Source of the DNA: an uncultured Parabacteroides sp.
GTDB taxonomy: Bacteria; Bacteroidota; Bacteroidia; Bacteroidales; Tannerellaceae
Reading direction: 5' to 3'
DNA length: 53,185 bases
NCBI GenBank assembly: GCA_964542435.1
Contig: CAZIVE010000004.1
Coordinates: 1 to 53,185, forward strand
Shown: positions 1 through 8,524 of the stretch, in pieces
Layout of the letters: every line of letters starts with the position of its first letter
How positions within the stretch are numbered: the stretch's first letter is position 1
The notes under the pieces: generated by a model
Databases searched by the model: none
The model's input: the letters and a program-made list of their open reading frames with translations, nothing else
Told to the model about the DNA's origin: nothing
Translations under genes and position numbers: made by a program

Positions 1-110
1 TGAGAATTTTACACCGTATTTAGCTTCCTGCAAAATTGCAATGACTTTTTGAAGTCATTGCAGTCGTTTCATACGGTGAAATGCAATGACCGATTTGGGA
101 TAAAGTGCTA
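1..110. repeat. Window-truncated member of the dispersed intergenic repeat family, containing a strong hairpin
   Basis: Unit 67-108 (tttcatacggtgaaatgcaatgaccgatttgggataaagtgc) aligns by eye at about 70% with the leading unit of the 51.8-kb array (tttccaccgggtgaaatgcactgtgagacctttgaaaagtcg). The reverse complement of 22-32 is tgcaggaagct, the same word found at 51826 and 52080. There is a perfect 11-bp hairpin: 37-47 tgcaatgactt pairs with 52-62 aagtcattgca. Confidence 0.5.
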
Positions 111-131
111 AAGACAGGAATGTCTGTGTAG

Positions 132-181
132 CCGTAAAAAAGAAGCGTTCCTTTCCACCGAATGAGGTAGGAAGGAACGTT
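132..181 (-). terminator. Intrinsic terminator candidate downstream of dcp
   Basis: On the minus strand, aacgttccttcc ... ggaaaggaacgct forms a stem of about 11 bp with one mismatch and one bulge. It is followed by tcttttttac and lies about 30 nt after the dcp stop codon. Confidence 0.55.
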
Positions 182-209
182 TCCTATTATAAAATTCTGA
201 AAGAATGAG

Positions 210-2327
210 CTATTGAATCAATCCGCGATTGCGAAGAAGCGGCTTCGTGTCGGGTTTGCGTCCGCGGAAGTTGATGTACATATCCATAGCGTCATCAATG
301 CCGCCGGGAGTCAGAATATATTTGCGGAACTTTCCGGCAACTTCCTGGTTGAAGATGTCGCCTGTTTCCTTGTAAGCTTCATAAGCATCGGCGTCAAGCA
401 CTTCAGCCCACATGTAGGAATAATAGCCGGCTGTGTAGCCGCCGCCCATGGTGTGAGAGAAGTAAGTGGTGCGATAACGAGGCGGAATCTGACTGAGAAT
501 GCCTCGTTTGGCCAATGTCTCTGCTTCGAACTTGTTGATGTCAAGATTGTCGGGAATATCGGTCAGTACATGATAATCCATGTCGAGATAGGAAGCGGCT
601 ACATATTCAACCGTCGCAAAACCCTGTCCATATTTTCCACTCTTGTCGAGTTTTTCAATCAATGAAGCGGGAATGACTTCTCCGGTTTTGTAATTGCGAG
701 CGTAGACTTTCAGCACTTCAGGTTCGAAAGCCCAATGTTCATCAATCTGTGACGGCAGTTCCACGAAATCACGAGGCACTCCGCTAACACCATAATAATG
801 TACATCCTTGAACAGATTGTGCAAAGCATGACCAAATTCATGGAAGAGCGTCGTAGCTTCGTCCACGCTCAGCAATGCAGGCTGTCCGGGAGCCGGCGGA
901 GTGAAGTTGGTGACGATGGTAACAACGGGAGCGACTTTCTTGCCGTCTTTGTATGTCATGCTGCGATAGGTTCCGCACCAGGCACCGCCGTTCTTTCCGG
1001 CACGTGGGAAATGGTCCATATAGAGTACGCCCAGATGTGAACCGTCTTTGTCCTTGCATTCGAAAGCAAGCGCATCAGGATGAGGCAGCGGAATGTTTTT
1101 GATCGGAGTGAAGGTGATGCCGTACAGTTTGTTGGCTACATAGAAAACGCCTTCGCGCACTTTGTCCAGTTCGAGATAAGGACGCACCTCATTCTCGTTG
1201 AGACTGAACTTCGACTGTTTGGCTTTGTCCGCATAGTAGCGCCAATCCCAAGCTTCGGCTTCGAAGTTTCCTCCCTCTTTCTTGATTTCGGCATTAATGT
1301 CGGCCAATTCTTCTTGAGCTTTGGCAACGGCGGGCTTCCAAACCTCGTCGAGCAGCTGATAGACATTGTCAGCCGTTTTTGCCATACGATCGTCGAGAGC
1401 ATACGCTGCATACGTAGGATATCCCATCAGTTTGGCTTTCTCGAGGCGGGCTTGAATCAGTTTGAGGACAACCTCTTTATTATCGTTGGCATTTCCATTG
1501 TTGCCGCGCATTAGATAAGCCTCCAGGATCTTCTTTCTCAGATCACGTTTGGCGGAATACTGCAGGAATGGCATGATGCTCGGGTTTTTCAGCGTGAAAA
1601 CCCATTTGCCGTCCAGTTTATTCTGCTTGGCTGTGATAGCTGCGTTGGCGACAAGGTCTTCAGGCAGACCAGCAAGATCTTCCTTATTGTCGATGACTAG
1701 TTTGAAAACGTTCGTCTCCTTCAGCATATTCTGCGAGAAGGTGAGCTGAAGCATAGAAATCTGGCTGTTGAGTTCGCGCAGACGAGCCTGTTTGTCTGCA
1801 GGTAGATTGGCACCGCTGCGGACGAAGCTTTTGTAAGTCTCTTCAAGCAGCTTGGCCTGTTCCTTGTTAAGGTTCAGCGAAGCCCGTTTGTCATAAACCG
1901 TTTTGATGCGGGTAAATAGTGTCGGGTTCAGATTGATGTCGTCATAATGCTTGGAGCGGAGTGGTGAGAGTTTTCGTCCCACTTCCTGCATTTCCTCGTT
2001 GGTGTTGGCCGAACTCTGAGCGCCGAAGATGGATCCCACTTTGCGAAGCAGGTCGCCGCTTTGGTCGAGTGCCACGATGGTGTTCTCGAAAGTCGGCTCG
2101 GCCGTGTTGTTGCAGATTGCAGCCACATCCGCTGAATCCTGTTGCATAGCTAAGATGAAAGCGGGCAAATAGTCTGTCACTTTTATTTTCTCAAAAGGAG
2201 GAACCTCGAAAGGTGTCCCGAATGAAGGAGCGAGCAGCGGATTGTCCTTGGGGCTAGTTAAGTCCTGAGCATTTACGGAACCTACGAGCGCAGCTGCCAG
2301 TCCTGCAATGATAATCATTTTTCTCAT
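210..2327 (-). CDS. dcp: M3-family zinc metallopeptidase, peptidyl-dipeptidase Dcp type, secreted
   Basis: The ORF is 705 aa with an N-terminal signal peptide (MRKMIIIAGLAAALVGSVNA). It has the HEXXH zinc motif in TLFHEFGHALHNLF. Length and layout are typical of M3A dipeptidyl carboxypeptidases. Confidence 0.85.
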   Translation of the reverse strand: MRKMIIIAGLAAALVGSVNAQDLTSPKDNPLLAPSFGTPFEVPPFEKIKVTDYLPAFILAMQQDSADVAAICNNTAEPTFENTIVALDQSGDLLRKVGSIFGAQSSANTNEEMQEVGRKLSPLRSKHYDDINLNPTLFTRIKTVYDKRASLNLNKEQAKLLEETYKSFVRSGANLPADKQARLRELNSQISMLQLTFSQNMLKETNVFKLVIDNKEDLAGLPEDLVANAAITAKQNKLDGKWVFTLKNPSIMPFLQYSAKRDLRKKILEAYLMRGNNGNANDNKEVVLKLIQARLEKAKLMGYPTYAAYALDDRMAKTADNVYQLLDEVWKPAVAKAQEELADINAEIKKEGGNFEAEAWDWRYYADKAKQSKFSLNENEVRPYLELDKVREGVFYVANKLYGITFTPIKNIPLPHPDALAFECKDKDGSHLGVLYMDHFPRAGKNGGAWCGTYRSMTYKDGKKVAPVVTIVTNFTPPAPGQPALLSVDEATTLFHEFGHALHNLFKDVHYYGVSGVPRDFVELPSQIDEHWAFEPEVLKVYARNYKTGEVIPASLIEKLDKSGKYGQGFATVEYVAASYLDMDYHVLTDIPDNLDINKFEAETLAKRGILSQIPPRYRTTYFSHTMGGGYTAGYYSYMWAEVLDADAYEAYKETGDIFNQEVAGKFRKYILTPGGIDDAMDMYINFRGRKPDTKPLLRNRGLIQ

Positions 2328-2375
2328 TTTAATTATTGTTTGATATAAATATTCAGATCTAAAGGTGAGGGATAA

Positions 2376-2756
2376 TCAGGAATTTCGTATCAATCTTCTG
2401 ATGTATGAGCGGAGATCTTCCGGATTAAATGGCTTTTGAATGAAATCTATAGCCCCTTCCCGTTTTACTCTGCCGCGTATCTCGTCATTCTCGACACTCG
2501 ATAGGATCAATGTGGGTATATTTTTCCATGAATCGTTTGATTTGAGAGTTTGGAGAAACTCTTCACCCGACATCTCCGGCATTCGTAAGTCTGTGACGAT
2601 GATATCAGGAAAATTCCCTTCATGGAGCCATTGCAAGGCTTCAATAGGATTCCTAAAATAGACCAAGTCGTAATCATGAAGGTACAGAGCTACTATTTTG
2701 TCTATTTCAGGAGTGTCATCAACTAATAGGATTTTTTTATTAATCGTTGGATTCAT
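2376..2756 (-). CDS. Stand-alone response-regulator receiver domain protein (CheY-like)
   Basis: The ORF is 126 aa. It has receiver hallmarks: ILLVDD acidic pocket, phospho-acceptor context IIVTDLRMPEMSG, and a conserved Lys in FIQKPF. There is no output domain and no adjacent kinase. Confidence 0.8.
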   Translation of the reverse strand: MNPTINKKILLVDDTPEIDKIVALYLHDYDLVYFRNPIEALQWLHEGNFPDIIVTDLRMPEMSGEEFLQTLKSNDSWKNIPTLILSSVENDEIRGRVKREGAIDFIQKPFNPEDLRSYIRRLIRNS

Positions 2757-2920
2757 TGTCTGTTTCTCGGGTCAGTCTTTAGCACCACATCGGGCACAAA
2801 TATAACATATATTTATCTTTTCTATTTCAGCACAACCATTTATTTTCTATGTTCTTTATCACAAAAACAAAACAATCTACCTCTTTTCCTTTCCTATGAA
2901 AAACATCAACGATTCTCTGA

Positions 2921-3111
2921 ACAGCTTGCACTACTTTGATGCTGACGCATCGAAGATAGGTTGCGTCTCGGAAATACGAAAGTGACTTTTTGTATTTCCC
3001 TCGACTTGCACTACTTTGATGCTGTCGCATCGAAGATAGGCTTCGTCTCGGCATAAAAAATGAATGGATTCATTTTATTCTGCCCTCGACTTGCACTATC
3101 TTTGCACACGG
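2921..3111. repeat. Direct repeats with an 80-85 bp period (two full copies plus one truncated copy) upstream of the GH51 gene
   Basis: Cores 2925-2971 and 3005-3051 (cttgcactactttgatgctgNcgcatcgaagataggNtNcgtctcgg) differ at 3 of 47 positions. A third copy begins at 3090, and ccctcgacttgcact occurs at both 2998 and 3083. Each core contains the small hairpin gatgc-NNNN-gcatc. Confidence 0.85.
3097..3104 (+). promoter_or_regulatory. Bacteroidota -7 promoter box (TAnnTTTG) for the GH51 gene
   Basis: tatctttg matches TAnnTTTG and ends 22 nt upstream of the ATG at 3127. It lies inside the truncated third repeat copy. Confidence 0.5.
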
Positions 3112-3126
3112 AAAAGAAATAGTGGA

Positions 3127-5595
3127 ATGGTCTTGAGGAAACTTCCTTACATCTTATTTATAGCATCGATGTCGTTGATCTTGGCTGCTTGTCGGCCTGA
3201 TCTTCCGGCTACATCTGTCATTACGGTGGATGCGAACGGTCTGACTCGTGCTGCAAGTAATGGACTTTACGGTCTTACCTTGGAGGAAATCAATCATTCC
3301 ATTGATGGTGGTATCTATGCGGAACTGATTCAGAACAGAGGTTTTGAGGATGGTGTGCCTCCGTTGAACTGTCCCTATCTTCCCATGACAAACCAGCTGT
3401 TGACTCCGAATGGATATGCTATTTCTTTCATGCCTCAGGATTCGATTCCCGGCTGGAGATTGTATAGAAATACGGTCACCGGTTATGATACGAAGGATCC
3501 GGTGAGTGAGAAAAGCACGCGTTCGCTGGCAGTTACGGCTGTTGGATCTGCTGTCACAGGCAAAGCCGGTGTTCAGGCAACAGGTTATAAAGGTATTCCC
3601 ATCGTTTCAGGCAAGAGATATGTACTTTCGTTTTATGCTAAGTCTAACATTGCCTATCAACCGAAACAGTTGGATGTGGCATTGACCGACTCCACAGGTA
3701 AAGAGCTTCTTAGCGATGCAATGCATATTTCTCCCATTAATATCTGGCATCACTATCGACATGAATTTACTGCCACGGCAACGACAGACAAAGCCGTGCT
3801 CTCTTTTACTTCAGACACCACCATCCATTTCTGGCTGGATGTGGTTTCGCTCTTTCCGGAAGAGACCTGGCGCGGGGAAAGCAATGGCTTACGTCCTGAT
3901 CTGATGAATATGATCGCTGCGCTCTCGCCACAGTTTATCCGTTTCCCTGGCGGCGCCTTCGCTGAAGGATATACAGCTGGCACCTATCCTATTTATGATG
4001 AGACAATAGGAGACATCTCGAATCGAAGCAGCTTTTGGAACATTTGGTCGTATGGAACGACCAATGGCGTTGGTTTCCTCGAATACCTTCGTATATGTGA
4101 AGATTTGCATGCCGATCCTATCTATGTCATCAACAGTGGCGTGACCAATCAGAACAGACGTCCGCGTTATGAAGATATCACAGCGATGGATCAGATTGCT
4201 GCTAAGGCAATCTCAGCCATCTATTACGCCAATGCGCCTGTGACTACAATTGCTGGAGCGCTTCGTTCTAAACATGGCCATCCGGCTCCTTTTGAACTGC
4301 GCTATCTGGAATTGGGAAGTGAGAATTACGGCTATGAATATCTTCGTCGTTACACGGTGCTTCGCGATTCTCTCAAATCGCGTTTCCCCACGCTCAAACT
4401 GATCAGTAGTTCACAGCTTCAGCAGATAGAAAAATCGGATCTGACCGATTCACATTATTATTCCAATGGCGATTTCTTTGTCGCCAATAACGACCGTTTC
4501 GCACGTGAACGTCGTCAGCGAAGAATGCCATCGATGATAATCGGTGAGTTCGGTGCGGCTGACAATGCTTATGGCGCTACACTTCGGGCTGCCGTCGAAT
4601 GCGCCTGCTTCCTTTGCGGTGCAGAAAGCACGCCGGAAGTTGTCAAGCGTATTGCCTATTCTCCTGTCTTGGGTAATGTGAATTACAAGATCCAGCGTTC
4701 GCCGATGATCCTTTTCGATAATCACAGAGCTTACGGAACGCCGATGTATTACATCTATAAGATATTTTCCGCAAACAGAGGAAAAGAGGTGCTTCATACG
4801 ACCGTGAAGACCTATGAACGTCCTGCAGTTACTTACGGACGGAACGGATTCTATATGTTCGATAACGCTTTTGATTTCAACAATGTCTCTATCAATAATC
4901 ATTCTATAGGAAACATTCAGATTGTGAGTGGCGGATGGAATCGTGACGGCAACAGTCTTTTCGCTCAATCCAACCAATGGAATCACATCCTCTTCGGCGA
5001 CTCCACGATGTTTAACTGTGATCTCAAGGCTGTCGTTTCACGAACCAAAGGCAGCGACGCCTTTCAGATTCGTCTTCGTGACAATGGCAAAAAAGGAGAG
5101 TCCAGTAATTATATAGCTGTCACAATCGGTACGGATGTTTGTACGCTTGAACAGCAGTCGGGAGGCGTCCGCGACAGATTGCAAAGCGTGCCTTTCACAT
5201 TTGTCAGCCATAGACGTTATGCGGTTCGTGCTGTTACGTACAACGACAATGTCACCTTATATATAGACGGAAAGGCACTGTTTACGTGCAAGCTTCCCGT
5301 CAAGCCGTCCATTGTTTCGGTCGCCACCATTGATCGTGTGAACCATCTTTTGGTGCTTAAAGTAGTCAACACCACGCTTCATAATGAGATTACCCGACTG
5401 AACTTTTCGGGTGTCAGTGTGGGGAATCGAGCCAGAGTGCTTCAGGTGGCAGGAAATCCGGATGATGTCAATTCATTCGAAACTCCCCGTAAGATCATAC
5501 CGGTAGCCAAAGACTATTCGTTCCCAATTGCCCGTGCGATGCTTTATACATTTCCTCCGTGTTCCGTTACGGTTCTCTCCTTCCGTACAGATTAG
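3127..5595 (+). CDS. Lipoprotein glycoside hydrolase, probable GH51-type alpha-L-arabinofuranosidase with an N-terminal CBM-like domain
   Basis: I trimmed the track ORF 3064-5595 to Met22 because that start gives a classical lipoprotein signal (MVLRKLPYILFIASMSLILAAC) and lies downstream of the -7 box. The motifs ELIQNRGFEDG, IRFPGGAFAEGY and YLELGSENYG resemble the GH51 catalytic barrel, including a GNE-like acid/base region. Family assignment is by eye only. Confidence 0.6.
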   Translation: MVLRKLPYILFIASMSLILAACRPDLPATSVITVDANGLTRAASNGLYGLTLEEINHSIDGGIYAELIQNRGFEDGVPPLNCPYLPMTNQLLTPNGYAISFMPQDSIPGWRLYRNTVTGYDTKDPVSEKSTRSLAVTAVGSAVTGKAGVQATGYKGIPIVSGKRYVLSFYAKSNIAYQPKQLDVALTDSTGKELLSDAMHISPINIWHHYRHEFTATATTDKAVLSFTSDTTIHFWLDVVSLFPEETWRGESNGLRPDLMNMIAALSPQFIRFPGGAFAEGYTAGTYPIYDETIGDISNRSSFWNIWSYGTTNGVGFLEYLRICEDLHADPIYVINSGVTNQNRRPRYEDITAMDQIAAKAISAIYYANAPVTTIAGALRSKHGHPAPFELRYLELGSENYGYEYLRRYTVLRDSLKSRFPTLKLISSSQLQQIEKSDLTDSHYYSNGDFFVANNDRFARERRQRRMPSMIIGEFGAADNAYGATLRAAVECACFLCGAESTPEVVKRIAYSPVLGNVNYKIQRSPMILFDNHRAYGTPMYYIYKIFSANRGKEVLHTTVKTYERPAVTYGRNGFYMFDNAFDFNNVSINNHSIGNIQIVSGGWNRDGNSLFAQSNQWNHILFGDSTMFNCDLKAVVSRTKGSDAFQIRLRDNGKKGESSNYIAVTIGTDVCTLEQQSGGVRDRLQSVPFTFVSHRRYAVRAVTYNDNVTLYIDGKALFTCKLPVKPSIVSVATIDRVNHLLVLKVVNTTLHNEITRLNFSGVSVGNRARVLQVAGNPDDVNSFETPRKIIPVAKDYSFPIARAMLYTFPPCSVTVLSFRTD

Positions 5596-5691
5596 AAAAA
5601 AGAAGGCTTGTAGATGAAAGGAAAATAAAGAGGGATGCGTTCTTTGAATAGAAAATTCGACACATCAGAATATTCTTGGAAAGGAAATATG

Positions 5692-5699
5692 TAACTTTG
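5692..5699 (+). promoter_or_regulatory. -7 promoter box (TAnnTTTG) for the SGNH-SGNH-MBOAT operon
   Basis: taactttg lies 32 nt upstream of the ATG at 5731. Confidence 0.45.
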
Positions 5700-5730
5700 C
5701 AGCTCCAAAAAAGAGTAGGAAAAAGTAAAA

Positions 5731-7173
5731 ATGAAGGACGACAACGGATTGATGCGGGTTATGTATTTGCTCCTGCTTACTTTGGCAGTATGCATCGGGC
5801 TCTATTTCATTCCAGCAAAATTCCTTGGTATCAAACTGAAGCGGGTGGATCTCATTTCTGATCTCCGTAACAAAGTCAGTGCTCTGGATTCGATCAACTC
5901 CAATCTGATTGCTGGTGATACATTGAAGGTGGATTCTGTCGCCCTGCGTGATTCGCTGATTCGCTCTCAGGGAATCGACTCTGCTTCCCTGGCTTTACGT
6001 GACTCTTTGTATAAGGAACTGATGGCGAATCAGTCCGCCGACTCCAATTTCGTTCGTATCGAAGACTTTTCTGCCGGACATACCGGTTTGAGGCGATTCT
6101 TCGAGGCACTCAAAAACCGAGAAACCTTGAACCGTCCCGTTTATGTGGCGTATCTCGGTGATTCGTTCATTGAAGGAGATATCCTGGTTTCGGATTTCCG
6201 TCATTATATGCAGGATAAGTTTGGTGGTTGCGGTGTCGGCTTTGTGCCGATTACGTCGATTTCCAGTCAGTTCCGGCCTACGGTAAGTCAGACAGGAAGC
6301 GGATGGAAAGCCTGGTCTATGCTGCGTGATCGTGGTCATGCATATACATTGAGTGGCATGCTTTTCGATGCGACAAGTCCTGTTGCCACGGTCACAACGA
6401 GAGGCGGCAACCGTTATCCGGAACTGAGGCGAGCTCCGCTTATGAAGTTTATTTATGAGAGAAATACAGCTACAGAGCTTCGTATGACTCTGAACGGTTC
6501 GAAGGATACATTGACGGAAGTTCTTCCTCCTACAACGGAGGTGACGCAGATCGAGAAGAGAGGCAATTACTCTTCAGCCTTTTTCAAGTTGATCAATACA
6601 ACCGGATTCAGAGCTTTGGGTGTAGCCATGGATGCAGATAAAGGTGTGGTTGTGGATAATTATTCACTTCGCGGTAATTCAGGAATTATCTTGCAGCGTT
6701 TGAATACAAAAGATTGCCAGGCTCTCAATCGTATTCGTCCTTATGATTTGATTATTCTTCAATATGGTCTGAATGTGACGAGCGATAGTCTGATGCATTA
6801 TGGATGGTATGCTGAGAAGATGATGAAGGCCATTAATCAGGTCCGTGTCTGTTTCCCGAAAGCAGATGTGCTGCTTCTCGGCGTTTCAGACCGTAGCAGA
6901 ATGAATGAAGGAACATTTGAAACTATGCCGGCCGTAGTCGCTTTGCTGCGTGCTCAGCGTAATCTGGCACAAACTATGGGCTTGCCTTTCTGGAATGTAT
7001 TCGGTGCGATGGGTGGAACGAACAGTATGGTTCGTTATGTCAATCTCAATTGGGCAAGTAAGGATTATACGCACTTGGGCTTCAGAGGAGGAAAGGAAAT
7101 AGCAACTTCACTCTTCAGGGCCTTGATGGAAGAAAAGAATTTTTATGATGAAGCGGATAAAATGGGGAATTAG
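5731..7173 (+). CDS. Membrane-anchored SGNH/GDSL-like hydrolase or acyltransferase
   Basis: The ORF is 480 aa with an N-terminal TM anchor (VMYLLLLTLAVCIGLYFI). Candidate SGNH blocks are VAYLGDSFIEGD (block I), ILQYGLNV (block III) and KDYTHLG (block V DxxH-like). It overlaps the next gene by 29 nt. Confidence 0.55.
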   Translation: MKDDNGLMRVMYLLLLTLAVCIGLYFIPAKFLGIKLKRVDLISDLRNKVSALDSINSNLIAGDTLKVDSVALRDSLIRSQGIDSASLALRDSLYKELMANQSADSNFVRIEDFSAGHTGLRRFFEALKNRETLNRPVYVAYLGDSFIEGDILVSDFRHYMQDKFGGCGVGFVPITSISSQFRPTVSQTGSGWKAWSMLRDRGHAYTLSGMLFDATSPVATVTTRGGNRYPELRRAPLMKFIYERNTATELRMTLNGSKDTLTEVLPPTTEVTQIEKRGNYSSAFFKLINTTGFRALGVAMDADKGVVVDNYSLRGNSGIILQRLNTKDCQALNRIRPYDLIILQYGLNVTSDSLMHYGWYAEKMMKAINQVRVCFPKADVLLLGVSDRSRMNEGTFETMPAVVALLRAQRNLAQTMGLPFWNVFGAMGGTNSMVRYVNLNWASKDYTHLGFRGGKEIATSLFRALMEEKNFYDEADKMGN

Positions 7174-8524
7174 TAAACTGATTGCAGGATTAGCCTTATT
7201 AAGCTGGCCTCTGTTTTTGTCGGGCGAACACAGCAACGCGGTTCGTTCGACAACGCGTCAGCCTATGCCCGTTGATCTTCCGCTTCCCGAATATGAACTG
7301 GCCAATCTCAATGCGGATACGCTGATGATTTCCCCGAAGGATACGAACATGCACAAGTTCTTGGGTGAACTTCGTTCGCTGCGTTCAGGAAAAGATACGG
7401 TGATTAATATCGTGCATCTCGGAGATTCGCATCTGCAGGCCGGATATCTCACAGGCAAAGCCATGAGACTGCTGCAATCCACATTCGGCAATGCTGGTCG
7501 CGGCTGGCTTACGCCTTATCGTCTTGCGCGTACCAATGCGCCCGATGATTATTCTATCATCTCAAATCTCAAGAGCTGGACTTCCGGTAAATGCATCCAG
7601 GCACATCCGAAGACAGAAATTGGTATTGGCGGTTTAGGCATCAAGACAACGTCTTCACCCATCAAATTTAATGTCAGCATCTCAGAGCGTTATGGCGAGG
7701 AATATGGATTCAACCGTTTGGTCGTTTACAGAGATTATGATTCTAGTCCGATGATGCCGGCTGATAACAATGACGTAGCCGTCAAATACAGACCGTCCAT
7801 CAAGGATAATGTTCCGGGATTGCGCGCAGACACGTTCTATCTGGCGTCTCCATCGATGACGTTGCATCTGGAAAGTTCTTCTGATGATTGTAGTTCGAGC
7901 ACCTATTACGGCTTTAATGTGATGAACGGCAATCCCGGCATCCTTTATCACATGATCGGTGTGAACGGGGCAAGATATTCCAGTTATAACGATGATGAAT
8001 ATGTCCGTCAGCTTTCGTTGTTGCATCCTGCATTGATTATTATTTCACTGGGAACGAACGATTCCTTCGGGCGTTTCGATTCGGATACCTTCGAAGATCA
8101 GGTTTCGGAAATGGTACATTTGATCAAGAAGAATATTCCTTCTGCGGCAATCTTGCTGGAGACGCCTCCAGGTTCTTTTCTTCGTTCTCGTACACGTGTC
8201 GTCACACGAGTCAGAAGAAAGAAGGGACGCCGTCGTCGTACGGTAACGAGTTCAAGGCTTTCTTACAGAGTGAACAATTACACTGAAGTCGCTGAAGCAT
8301 CGATCATCAGTGTGGCTCATCGGGAAAATATCTCTTGCTTCGACCTCTTTGGCGTTTCGGGAGGTGCAGATGCGGTTCCTGATTGGTTGAAGGCAGGACT
8401 GCTTTCACGCGATCGCGTTCATTACAATTCGAAAGGCTATTACGAACAGGCCACACTGCTGGTGCGTGCGCTGCTCCATTCCTACAATTCTACACTTGAC
8501 AGCCATGCTAACAGACAACATTGA
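7145..8524 (+). CDS. Secreted SGNH/GDSL-family protein (PatB/Ape/AlgJ-like) with an Arg/Lys-rich insert
   Basis: The ORF is 459 aa with a signal or anchor sequence (LIAGLALLSWPLFLSG). SGNH blocks are IVHLGDSHLQAG, ISLGTNDS and DRVHYNSKGY. There is an unusual basic insert, RSRTRVVTRVRRKKGRRRRTVTSSR. Confidence 0.6.
   Translation: MMKRIKWGISKLIAGLALLSWPLFLSGEHSNAVRSTTRQPMPVDLPLPEYELANLNADTLMISPKDTNMHKFLGELRSLRSGKDTVINIVHLGDSHLQAGYLTGKAMRLLQSTFGNAGRGWLTPYRLARTNAPDDYSIISNLKSWTSGKCIQAHPKTEIGIGGLGIKTTSSPIKFNVSISERYGEEYGFNRLVVYRDYDSSPMMPADNNDVAVKYRPSIKDNVPGLRADTFYLASPSMTLHLESSSDDCSSSTYYGFNVMNGNPGILYHMIGVNGARYSSYNDDEYVRQLSLLHPALIIISLGTNDSFGRFDSDTFEDQVSEMVHLIKKNIPSAAILLETPPGSFLRSRTRVVTRVRRKKGRRRRTVTSSRLSYRVNNYTEVAEASIISVAHRENISCFDLFGVSGGADAVPDWLKAGLLSRDRVHYNSKGYYEQATLLVRALLHSYNSTLDSHANRQH

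Noticed and set aside
3064-3126. The ORF track gives N-terminal extensions at 3064 (GH51), 8466 (MBOAT), 32964 (PAP2), 34242 (usp, TTG), 35954 (aspS, TTG), 50755 (SDR) and 52336 (argR).
   Set aside because: In each case a downstream ATG gives the canonical N-terminus (a signal peptide or a conserved start). The extension would overlap the upstream gene, a promoter box or the operator sites.
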